From Candidatus Polarisedimenticolia bacterium (lineage in GTDB: Bacteria; Acidobacteriota; Polarisedimenticolia; Gp22-AA2), in assembly GCA_041580375.1 (NCBI GenBank), contig JBFGDZ010000040.1:1-21745 (forward strand): a stretch of DNA of 21,745 nucleotides, written 5' to 3'. Positions 1 through 9,763 of this stretch are shown in pieces. Position 1 is the first letter of the stretch, and every line of letters starts with the position of its first letter. The notes below the pieces were generated by a model, which had not been told where the DNA came from, did no database searches, and saw only the letters and a program-made list of their open reading frames with translations. The translations under genes and the position numbers were made by a program.

Positions 1-1514
<1,514 letters not shown>

Positions 1515-1539
1515 TTCCCGCCGAGGCCCCCGGTCGACG

Positions 1540-4500
1540 ATGAAAGGGGAGTCGCTCCGACGGCGCAGGATCCCGATCGGCGTGACCCTGCTGCTGTTCA
1601 GCCTCTGGCTCGCCGCGGGTATCCGGAGGGTGGAGCCGGAGTTGGGCGCGGCGGTCCTCGACGCTCCCCTCGGATTTCTCGAACCCCGGCCCGTCGGTCC
1701 GGGGTGGCACCTCGCCCCGCCCGGCCTCCTCCGGCTCAGTCTTTACCCCGCCGAAGGGCGGACCTTCTCCCTCAGGGCGGGGGAGGGGGACCCGCCGCTG
1801 GTCACCAGCGAGGGGACCGCCATCGTCGCGCACGCGACGGTTCAGTACCGCATCGACCCGGAGCGCCTCCTCGACGTGCACCGCATGGTCGGCCCCCGGC
1901 TGGAGCGCGACGCGCTCGAGCCCTGGGTGTCGGAGGCCCTTCGCGCCGCGGTCGCGGCGGCCAGCTACAGCGAAGTCTCCGGCGCCAGGACGGAGGAACT
2001 GCGGCTCGCGCTGGGCCGCTCGCTCGACGGCCGATTCCGCGAGGCGGGGCTCGTCCTGCTGGCCTGCGACGTCCGCGGCGTGGAGATCCGCGGCGGCGCC
2101 GACCGGCCGGGGCCCGTCGTGAAGCCGGTCGAGGGGACGAAGGTGCTCCTCATCGGGCTCGACGGCGCCGACTGGAACATCCTGGATCCCCTCATCGCCT
2201 CGGGTCGCGCGCCCAATCTGTCGCGGCTGGTGCGGGGGGGCGTGCGCGGCCGCCTGCGCACTCTCACGCCGATGCTCTCCCCGGTGATCTGGACGAGCAT
2301 CGCCACGGGCGTGCTGCCGGGCCGGCACGGCATCATCGACTTCGTGGCGACGACCGGTCCGGACGGACAGCGGGTTCCGGTGCGCTCGTCGCTCCGGCGG
2401 GTCAAGGCGATCTGGAACGTCCTCGGCGAACAGGGGATCCGCGTCGGAGTCATCGGTTGGTGGGCCACATTTCCCGCCGAAAGCGTGAACGGCTTCATCA
2501 TCTCCGACCGGGTCGCGCAGCAGGTGTTCGGGCCCCACCGCCCTCCCGAGGTGGTCGGTGCCGGGAAGGTCTATCCGCCGGATCTGGAGGCGGCGGCGGC
2601 CCGTCTGCGGGTGACGCCCGAATCGATCGAGACGGGGAAGCTCGGTCGCTTCGTGCGCCTGTCGAACGAGACGTCGCCGCTGCCGGCGGATCAGGGGAAG
2701 CTGATCGACGATCTGCGGACGGTGATCGCGGCGGGGGACACCTATGCGCGCATCGCCCTGGATCTCCAGAAGAGCGAGGCGCCCGACTTCCTCGCCGTCT
2801 ATTTCGAGGGGACCGATACGGTGGCGCATCTCTTCATGCCGTACGCGCCTCCCCCCATGGAGGGGGTCGACCCCGATGCCGCGCGCCGCTTCTCGCGGAC
2901 CGTCGACGCTTACTACGCGCACGTGGACGATGCGATCGGGCGCCTCGTCCGGGCCGCGGGGCCGGATGCCGTCGTCCTGATCTGCTCCGACCACGGCTTC
3001 AGGACCGGCGCCCACCGCCCTCTGACCGACTCGCGCATCGGCTACGGCCTGGCAGCCGACTGGCACCGCAAGTACGGCATCATCATCCTTCACGGGCCGC
3101 CCTTCCGTCGCGGCGCGGAGCTCGAGGAAGCGTCGGTGCTCGATCTCACCCCGACGATCATGGCGGTGTTCGGGCTCCCCGTGGCCGAGGACTGGGACGG
3201 ACGCCCGATCCTCGGCGCGTTCGACGCCGGGTGGCTCGAGCGACACCCCGTGCGCTACCGCCCCACCTACGAGGGCGGGACCGTCGCCGTGGAGGGCCCC
3301 GCGCCGGTGGCTGCGGCCGCGAGCGAGCCCGCCGATCCGGAGGGGGACCGGGCGTTGAAGGAGAAGCTCGAGTCGCTCGGCTACCTGAGGCAGGACACGG
3401 CCAACTCGCACAACAATCGCGGCATGCTCCTGCTCCGTCAGGGAAAGCTGGAGGAGGCGATCGCGGAGTTCGGAAAGGCGATCGAGGCGTCGGAGGATTT
3501 CGCCATCGCGTACATCAACATCGCCCGCGCCAACATGCAGAAGGGGAATCTGGACGCCGCGATCGACGCGCTCCGCGAGCACCTGGCGCTTCAGCCCCGC
3601 TCCAAGAACGCCGAGAGCCTGCTCGGCAACATCCGCATGGATCAGGGCCGGCTGGAGGAGGCCGAGGCGCACTTTACGAGGGCCCTCGAGTACGAGCCGA
3701 ACTTCACCGAGGCGCGAAACAGCCTCGGGCTCCTCTACGACCGTCTCGGCAGGACCGGCGAAGCGCTCGAACAGTTCCGCCGTGCCGTGGAGATCGACCC
3801 GGACTACGCGGAGCCGTTCAACAACATGGGGCTGATCCACAAGAAGGCCGGGAGACTGGACGACGCGATGGAGTCGTTCCGGCGTGCGATCCACGCGGAC
3901 GCCGAATTCGCGGGCTCGTACAGCAACCTCGCCCTCGTGCACGAGGAGCGGGGCGAGTTCTCCGAGGCGGAAGCGCGGTTCCGGGAGGCGCTCCGCCGGG
4001 AACCGGACAACGCGATCGTGCGCGCCAACCTCGGCGGCCTCCTCTACGTCCTCGGCCGGCCGGAGGAGGCCCGTCGTGAGCTGGAGCGCGCCATCGCCGC
4101 CGACCCGAAACATGCCACGGCCCACAACAATCTGGGGGCCGTCCTCGGCCGGCTGGGCCTGCCGGATGAGGAGATCGTCGCGTACAGGGAAGCGATCCGC
4201 CTGGATCCGGAGTACGCGGATGCCCATCATAACCTCGGGCTGGCTCTTCTGAAGCGCGGCCGGGTGGAGGAGGGCGAGACGATCCTGCGCCGGGCGCTTA
4301 AGCTGGTGCCGGATTCCGAGCCGGCGTACCTGGCTCTGAGTCGATCCCTGCTGCAGCGCGATGCGTCCCGGGAGGCGCTCGAGGTTCTTTCCTGGGGAGC
4401 GTCGTCGATTCCCGGCAGCGCGGATCTGGAAGCCCTCCGGGCGGAGGCGCTCCTGCGGCTCGGACGGCGCGAGGAGGCGGCTGCCGCGGTCGAGCGCTCG

Positions 4501-4569
4501 CTTGCCATCCGCCCGGATCAGCCGGAGCTGCGGAAGCTCCTGGAGAGGCTCGAGGAGATGGGGGAGTGA
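1540..4569 (+). CDS. 1009-aa membrane-anchored multidomain protein: N-terminal TM helix, SPFH/Band-7-like domain, type I phosphodiesterase / nucleotide-pyrophosphatase (alkaline-phosphatase core) domain, and about 12 C-terminal TPR repeats.
   Basis: - TM anchor: IPIGVTLLLFSLWLAAGI.
- SPFH-like block: PGWHLAPPGLLRL...TSEGTAIVAHATVQYRIDPERLLDVHRMVG...LVLLACDVRGVEI.
- Phosphodiesterase (PF01663-like) signature: VLLIGLDGADWN...PNLSRL...LTPMLSPVIWTSIATGVLPGRHGIIDF ... ICSDHGF.
- TPR repeats from about residue 620 (NNRGMLLLRQGKLEEAIAEFGKAIE..., repeated A-x-x-x-Y/F-x-x-A periodicity).
- The start is ATG at 1540, 25 bp after ahcY. Confidence 0.8.
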   Translation: MKGESLRRRRIPIGVTLLLFSLWLAAGIRRVEPELGAAVLDAPLGFLEPRPVGPGWHLAPPGLLRLSLYPAEGRTFSLRAGEGDPPLVTSEGTAIVAHATVQYRIDPERLLDVHRMVGPRLERDALEPWVSEALRAAVAAASYSEVSGARTEELRLALGRSLDGRFREAGLVLLACDVRGVEIRGGADRPGPVVKPVEGTKVLLIGLDGADWNILDPLIASGRAPNLSRLVRGGVRGRLRTLTPMLSPVIWTSIATGVLPGRHGIIDFVATTGPDGQRVPVRSSLRRVKAIWNVLGEQGIRVGVIGWWATFPAESVNGFIISDRVAQQVFGPHRPPEVVGAGKVYPPDLEAAAARLRVTPESIETGKLGRFVRLSNETSPLPADQGKLIDDLRTVIAAGDTYARIALDLQKSEAPDFLAVYFEGTDTVAHLFMPYAPPPMEGVDPDAARRFSRTVDAYYAHVDDAIGRLVRAAGPDAVVLICSDHGFRTGAHRPLTDSRIGYGLAADWHRKYGIIILHGPPFRRGAELEEASVLDLTPTIMAVFGLPVAEDWDGRPILGAFDAGWLERHPVRYRPTYEGGTVAVEGPAPVAAAASEPADPEGDRALKEKLESLGYLRQDTANSHNNRGMLLLRQGKLEEAIAEFGKAIEASEDFAIAYINIARANMQKGNLDAAIDALREHLALQPRSKNAESLLGNIRMDQGRLEEAEAHFTRALEYEPNFTEARNSLGLLYDRLGRTGEALEQFRRAVEIDPDYAEPFNNMGLIHKKAGRLDDAMESFRRAIHADAEFAGSYSNLALVHEERGEFSEAEARFREALRREPDNAIVRANLGGLLYVLGRPEEARRELERAIAADPKHATAHNNLGAVLGRLGLPDEEIVAYREAIRLDPEYADAHHNLGLALLKRGRVEEGETILRRALKLVPDSEPAYLALSRSLLQRDASREALEVLSWGASSIPGSADLEALRAEALLRLGRREEAAAAVERSLAIRPDQPELRKLLERLEEMGE

Positions 4570-4571
4570 CG

Positions 4572-5474
4572 ATGCGCAGCGCCATCCGCGCGGCCGCGGT
4601 CCTCGCGGTCGCGTATGCCGCCGGCAGCGCGGCCGCGGCCGCCGGGGGCGGCGACGGCGACCTGAATCTCTACCAGATGATGGCGCGCGCCGATCTGGTC
4701 GTCCGTGTGCGCGTGCACGAAGGGGCGCTGAGGCATGCCTTGGTGGACGTGGAGGAGGAGATCCTGGGAAAGGCACCCTCCAGGCGTCTGCGCATCGCGT
4801 TCCGTCATTTCAACACGGCGAGACAGAGGCGGTCGGGTCCGATCGTCTTTCCGGACGGCCAGGAGGAGATCCTCTTCCTGGTGCCGCACCCGTCGGCGAA
4901 GCGGAAGGAGAAGAACCGCGATCTCTTCGAGCTCCTCCATGGCGCCCGCGGCCGGCTGACCCTTCCCGCGGAGGGGGCCGGAGCGATCCTGGAGGCCCTC
5001 CGCCGTCTCGTCGACATGGTGAATCGGGACCCCGCCAGTCAGATCGTCGAGCTGAAGCGACAGATCGCCGTCCCCAACGGCTACCTGCGCGAGACCGCGC
5101 TGGACGAGCTCATGCGGCTCGACGCGGCGACTCCCGAGCTGTACGACCGTCTCATCCCCCTCGTGACCGATCCCGCGCCGGGAATCCGCGCGCGGAGCCT
5201 GCGGATGATCGGGCGGATCTTCGGTTCGTCCCGGCTCGATCCGATCGGGGACTCGCCCGATCAGGCGCAGCACGCCCTGGCGGCCGTCATCGAGCGCGCG
5301 CGCAACGACGAGGACGCCGACGTGCGGATCGACGCGGTGCGGGCTATGTCGGACTGGCCCGACCACGGGTCGATCGAGGCGGAGCTGCGCGCCATCGCCG
5401 CGGGGGATCCCTCGCAGGAGGTGCGTTTCGAGGCCGAGAGGGCACTCTACCGGGCGGAATCGACGCGCCGCTGA
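4572..5474 (+). CDS. Secreted or periplasmic HEAT/PBS-lyase-repeat protein with an N-terminal signal peptide.
   Basis: - Signal peptide MRSAIRAAAVLAVAYAAGSAAAAAG.
- C-terminal HEAT-like repeats: DPAPGIRARSLRMIGRI, DEDADVRIDAVRAMSDW, DPSQEVRFEAERAL.
- ATG at 4572 lies 6 nt after GGGGAG and 2 bp after the upstream stop. An alternative GTG at 4566 overlaps that stop.
- Probably co-transcribed with the SPFH-TPR gene. Confidence 0.6.
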   Translation: MRSAIRAAAVLAVAYAAGSAAAAAGGGDGDLNLYQMMARADLVVRVRVHEGALRHALVDVEEEILGKAPSRRLRIAFRHFNTARQRRSGPIVFPDGQEEILFLVPHPSAKRKEKNRDLFELLHGARGRLTLPAEGAGAILEALRRLVDMVNRDPASQIVELKRQIAVPNGYLRETALDELMRLDAATPELYDRLIPLVTDPAPGIRARSLRMIGRIFGSSRLDPIGDSPDQAQHALAAVIERARNDEDADVRIDAVRAMSDWPDHGSIEAELRAIAAGDPSQEVRFEAERALYRAESTRR

Positions 5475-5482
5475 GGAACGGA

Positions 5483-8179
5483 TCAGGTCGGGGTCCTCAG
5501 CAGGAGGTAGATGCCCGAACCAGCGAACAGGATGTTGGGCGCCCACGCCGCCAGCGCGGGCGGGATCAGCCCGACGCCGCCGAGAGCGTTCGAGGTGGCG
5601 AACACGATCAGGAAGATCCCGACCAGGAGCGTGGCGACGCCGATCCCGTAGAGCGAACCGCGCCGTCCCATCCGGAAGCAGAACGGCAGTCCCAGGATGA
5701 CCATGGTCAGGGAGACCAGCGGCAGGGCCGTCTTCCCGTGCAGGTCCACCGTGAGCTCCTGCACGTCGTAACCGCGTTTCCTGAGCCCCCGGATGAAGGC
5801 GCTCAGCTCGGCGTAGCTCATCTGCTCCGGCCGCTTCCACTCCGTGATCAGATCGGCGGGCGTTTCGGGGAACTCGAACGGTTTCTCGAGGAAGGACTCG
5901 AACGACTCGCGGCCGTTCCGGAACTCCCGCTGCCAGCCGTCGCGCAGGATCCAGCCCTTCTCCTCATACTCCGCCGAGCGCGCGTAGATTCGCTCGGTGA
6001 TGGCGAAGCTCGCGGGATCGAGGCGGTAGACCGAGAAGCCCTGAAACGCACCGCCGCCCCCCACCGGCAGCACCGGGATCGGGGCGGGAACGTAGTTTCT
6101 GAAGTTGTACAGTCGGAAGCCCTCGCCGAAGATCCAGCGCTCCTCCGTCGATTGATAGCTGCGCGGCGGCCGGCCGCGAATCATGTCCTTGATCTGCCGC
6201 GCCCTCTGATTCGCGTACGGCATGAGATAGTCGGTGTTGACGAAGGCGAGCGTGCTCAGGGACACCATGAGAAGGAAAATCGGCATCGCCAGGCGGTAGA
6301 TGCTCGTGCCCCCGGCCTTGAGTGCGGTCACCTCGTTGAAGCGCGACATGATCGCGAAGGTCATGAAGGTCGCGACGAGAGACGACATCGGCAGCACCTG
6401 CGCGAGGATCCAGGGGAGGCGGAACTTCATGTAGTTGAGGGCATATCCGACCCCGACGCCCCGTTCCACCAGGTCGTCCAGCAGATCGGTGAACTCGTAA
6501 ACGCAGAACAGGGTCATCAGGATGATCAGGCTGAGACCGAAGATGACGGTGAATCGGACCAGCACGTAACGGTCGATCGTGGTGCTGAAGATCAGCACGA
6601 GGGCGAGCAGGGCCAGGGCGACGAGCAGGAACGGGCTGTACGAGGCGGACGCCAGACCGGCCAGGACGGCCAGCGCCCCGAGAGCCACGGTGCGCAGCCG
6701 CTGCCAGCGGTCCCGGAACGCGATCCCCGGATCGGCCGGCGTTCCGTCGCCGCCGCCCGGGTCGCCCGGGGAGCCGATGACGCGCAGGACTTGGGTGCGC
6801 GCGCCTGATGCGCGGCGCGATCGGCGGGCGCGGAGCCGCCGGCGGGCCTGGGAGCGCCGGCGGCGCGATCCGGCGACCGGCCGGTTGCCGGGACCGGGTT
6901 CGTCCGGGGGCGCGGCGTCGCCGCCCGCGAGCCGGTGCGCGTCCATCTGCTCCTCCTCGCGGTGCCTCAGGGCGGCCAGGGCTCGGGTCAGCGGCGCCGG
7001 GACGAGGAGCGAGAGCTGGAGCCCCTCCGACCGCTCCCGAAGAACGAAGAGGACGATACCCAGCAGGCCGAACAGGAGGTTGCCGGTCCACAGCCCGATG
7101 AAGGGCGAGAGCTTTCCCTGGCGGACGAGATTCTCTCCGGTCGAAAGCAGGATCCAGTAGAGGACGGCGATGCCGATGCTCAGGCTGAAGCCGGAGGCCT
7201 TGCCTCCACGGCGGTTGAGAATCCCGAGGGGAACGCCGAGGAGGGCGAAGACCAGGCAGGCGGCGGGCAGCGCGAATCGCTGGTGGACGACGGCCAGGAT
7301 GGTTCCGACGATCCGGTTCCGGGTTTCCTCGTGCGCGATCGAGCCGGCCTTCAGGATCGAGTGGGCGAGCTCCGAGAGACTCTGCTGATTCCACCCCTTC
7401 TGGAGCGGCTGCGACAGGACGGTCGACTTGATCCGGAATTCCTCGTCCGGCTCCTTGCGGAGCATCTGCCTCTCGAAGTGGCTGACCTGGTAACTCTCCG
7501 GATGGGCCGGCGTCAGGCTGTGGGTGAGCCCCGATTCGAGGTAGAGGTGGGCCACTCCTCCAGCCGCCTCGTACTCGATCTGGGCGCGGCGGGCCACGGT
7601 GACGAGCTCCTTTCCGTCGGCGTCGCTCTGGTGAAGGAAGACCCGATCGAGAAAGTCGCCGTTCCGGTGAACTTCGTCCGCGTAAAGGAGGATGCCCGGC
7701 AGCTCCTCGAAGAAGACGCGCGGTTTGATCTCCCGCCTCGGATCCGCCGAATAGGTCAGCTCGCGCATGACCTGAAGGCGCGTGTAGTTCGCCCGGGGCT
7801 CGACCTCGAGCGTGACGTACATCCCCACGAGGCACCCGATCAGGCCCAGGGTGAGCGCGGGGGAGAGTAGCCGCCAGTAGCTGACGCCCGAAGCGCGCAG
7901 CGCCACGACCTCGCTGTCGGTGGACAGGCGGCCGATGCCGACCAGGACCCCGAGGAGGATCGCCATCGGGATCGTCAGCACGAGGACCCGCGGCAGGTAG
8001 AGAAGAAGGATGTGGAACACGGTGGTGAAGGGGAGGTCCTTCTTGATGGCCAGCTCCGCCAGCTCGAACAGGGCGTTCATGAGGAACACCATGACGTAGA
8101 CGAGCAGGCCGATGATCGTGGGCGAGAGGACCTCGCGGAAGATGTATCGCCAGAGCGTGTCGGTGCGGAAGAATCTCAT
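5483..8179 (-). CDS. lptFG: LPS export ABC transporter permease. An LptF-like and an LptG-like (YjgP/YjgQ family) module are fused in one 898-aa ORF through an Arg-rich cytoplasmic linker.
   Basis: - The N-terminal half (MRFFRTDTLWRYIFREVLSPTIIGLLVYVMVF..., TM segments, a periplasmic beta-jellyroll region, then C-terminal TM helices) resembles LptF.
- The linker RRRRSQARRRLRARRSRRASGAR follows.
- A second complete permease module starts at RDRWQRLRTVALGALAVLAGL...IDRYVLVRFTVIFGLSLIILMTLFCVYEFTDLLDDL, which is LptG-like.
- No stop codon or frame change separates the two modules. Confidence 0.75.
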   Translation of the reverse strand: MRFFRTDTLWRYIFREVLSPTIIGLLVYVMVFLMNALFELAELAIKKDLPFTTVFHILLLYLPRVLVLTIPMAILLGVLVGIGRLSTDSEVVALRASGVSYWRLLSPALTLGLIGCLVGMYVTLEVEPRANYTRLQVMRELTYSADPRREIKPRVFFEELPGILLYADEVHRNGDFLDRVFLHQSDADGKELVTVARRAQIEYEAAGGVAHLYLESGLTHSLTPAHPESYQVSHFERQMLRKEPDEEFRIKSTVLSQPLQKGWNQQSLSELAHSILKAGSIAHEETRNRIVGTILAVVHQRFALPAACLVFALLGVPLGILNRRGGKASGFSLSIGIAVLYWILLSTGENLVRQGKLSPFIGLWTGNLLFGLLGIVLFVLRERSEGLQLSLLVPAPLTRALAALRHREEEQMDAHRLAGGDAAPPDEPGPGNRPVAGSRRRRSQARRRLRARRSRRASGARTQVLRVIGSPGDPGGGDGTPADPGIAFRDRWQRLRTVALGALAVLAGLASASYSPFLLVALALLALVLIFSTTIDRYVLVRFTVIFGLSLIILMTLFCVYEFTDLLDDLVERGVGVGYALNYMKFRLPWILAQVLPMSSLVATFMTFAIMSRFNEVTALKAGGTSIYRLAMPIFLLMVSLSTLAFVNTDYLMPYANQRARQIKDMIRGRPPRSYQSTEERWIFGEGFRLYNFRNYVPAPIPVLPVGGGGAFQGFSVYRLDPASFAITERIYARSAEYEEKGWILRDGWQREFRNGRESFESFLEKPFEFPETPADLITEWKRPEQMSYAELSAFIRGLRKRGYDVQELTVDLHGKTALPLVSLTMVILGLPFCFRMGRRGSLYGIGVATLLVGIFLIVFATSNALGGVGLIPPALAAWAPNILFAGSGIYLLLRTPT

Positions 8180-8358
8180 GCCGCGGGCATGTTAGGGCGG
8201 AGCCGATCGGCCGTCAACCAGGAGGTGCGTCCGCTCCTGCCGTCGCGGGTCGGGAGACCGCGAGGGCCGCGATCCGGTGTGACGGCGCGGGCTCATCGAG
8301 CCGTTTTCAGAGTCCGATAAGATATCTTATGTAAACATAGAAAATAAGGAAACCCACG

Positions 8359-8385
8359 AAAAACCCCCGGCCTCGAGCCGGATCC
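8359..8385 (-). terminator. Candidate Rho-independent terminator on the minus strand.
   Basis: The minus strand reads GGAUCCGGCUCGAGGCCGGGGGUUUUUCGUGGGUUUCC. There is a 5-6 bp GC stem (CCGGC / GCCGG) with a 5-nt loop, followed by U5. It lies about 545 nt downstream of the parB stop and about 180 nt upstream of the lptFG start. Confidence 0.4.
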
Positions 8386-8938
8386 CCAGACGTCAGGCCG
8401 ATCATCCCACGACCGCTTGCAGCAGGATGCGGGGCGCCCCCGCGATCGACCTTGAGGCCTGCGAAGGGTGGAGTCGATTCTCGGAAACGTGTCCGTGCGG
8501 CAGGTCGTCTTCGTCCCGCCGGAGCCCAGCAACCTGACGGGACCAGGGCATCATCCCGGGACGCAGGCCGGTGAGTCCTGCCGGTGACACCGGTCCGGTC
8601 GCTCCAGGATCGCAGCGGCGGATACGGACGGTCGAGGGCGGCGTGACGGTGCAGATGGCGGGGTCATCATGGATCTGTTCGAGTCGCCTGGAGGGTGTCA
8701 TCGAACCGATCGCCGTTCCCGGGATATCCAATCGTGGCTCCGTCAGGCACCGGTGCCGAATTCTCCATGGTGCACGCGCCATGTGGTGGCGCTGGGAGGA
8801 TCCGGGTGGTCTCGGCCATCTTTCATCCATTGTCGGCGCGCCGACATTAGCCCCCGGAGGAGGGTGCTCCAAGGCTTCCACTCCCCCATCCTGGGGGTTG
8901 TGCAGAGGAGGCGGACGGCGATGACGGACCTGGATGGA

Positions 8939-9763
8939 TCAGGAGTTCTGGAGGTTTTCGATCAGCTCACGGAGCGTTGAGATGATCTCCTGCTTCGACA
9001 CCTCGGAGCGACGGAACCGCAGATTGAGGGCGAATTTGTTGTCCGGCGAGCGGAAGTGGAAGATGAAACCCTTGGGGCGCCCGCGCGTCTTCTTGTCATC
9101 CGCCTTCAGCTTACGCACCTCGTCCCGGGTGAGGCCGCTCCGCTGAATCTCATCGATCATCTTGACCATCGCCTCCGGAGTCGGCTGGCGCGCGATCTGG
9201 AGGAGGGTGGAGCGGGCGGTGATGCCCGCCTCCCGGCAGAGGTCGCGGATCTCGACGGGGATGTGATTGAGCGTGAGGGTCTCCGTGATCACGGTGCGCG
9301 ATTTACCGAGTTTGCGGGCGATCTCCTCATGGGTGTAGAGGAACTTCTCGGAGAGCTTGAACAGTCCGTCGGCCTCCTCGAAGGAATTGAGGTCCCGGCG
9401 CTGGAGGTTTTCGATGAGGCTGATCTCGAGAACGCCGCGATCGTCGACATCAACCTCGATACAGGGGATCTGGGTCAGGCCGGCTTCCAGGGAGGCACGG
9501 TAGCGCCGCTCCCCCGCGATGATCTGGAACTTCTCCCCTGCCGGGCGCACCAGGACCGGCTCGAGAACCCCCTTCTCCTTGATCGATGAGACGAGGTCGT
9601 CGATGTCTCCGAACGCGCGCCGCGGCTGGTCGGGATTCGGGACGAGCAGATCGAGAGGGATGAGGCGGCCGATCGAGTCCTTGGATCCGGTCGCCAGATA
9701 GTCGACGAAATGATGGTCGTGCCTCATCCTCCGGTTGGTCGGGAGGCCACGCTGCTTAGACAC
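8939..9763 (-). CDS. parB: Chromosome partitioning protein ParB/Spo0J.
   Basis: - ParB N-terminal domain: IPLDLLVPNPDQPRR, IIAGERRYRA.
- HTH: EIARKLGKSRTVITETLTLNHIP.
- N-terminal KQRGL peptide.
- GTG start at 9763 preceded by AGAGGTGA; it overlaps the parA stop by 8 nt. Confidence 0.9.
   Translation of the reverse strand: MSKQRGLPTNRRMRHDHHFVDYLATGSKDSIGRLIPLDLLVPNPDQPRRAFGDIDDLVSSIKEKGVLEPVLVRPAGEKFQIIAGERRYRASLEAGLTQIPCIEVDVDDRGVLEISLIENLQRRDLNSFEEADGLFKLSEKFLYTHEEIARKLGKSRTVITETLTLNHIPVEIRDLCREAGITARSTLLQIARQPTPEAMVKMIDEIQRSGLTRDEVRKLKADDKKTRGRPKGFIFHFRSPDNKFALNLRFRRSEVSKQEIISTLRELIENLQNS

Noticed and set aside
8402-8881. 159-aa ORF on the minus strand inside the parB-lptFG spacer. Also the plus-strand ORFs 8571..8924 and 8669..8980.
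   Set aside because: Pro/Arg/His-rich, no motifs and no RBS. The composition looks like non-coding DNA rather than protein. I kept the region as a possible RNA instead.
8396-8938. Tested the spacer as RNase P RNA, tmRNA, SRP RNA or tRNA.
   Set aside because: - I found no GGAAAGUCCGGGCUCC or ACAGAACCCGGCUUA (RNase P).
- I found no UUCGA T-arm plus CCACCA acceptor end, and no plausible tag ORF (tmRNA).
- I found no AGGUCCGGAAGGAAGCAGC (SRP).
- Only a 9-nt ACUCCACCC coincidence turned up.
- I cannot run a covariance model here, so a divergent family member is not excluded.
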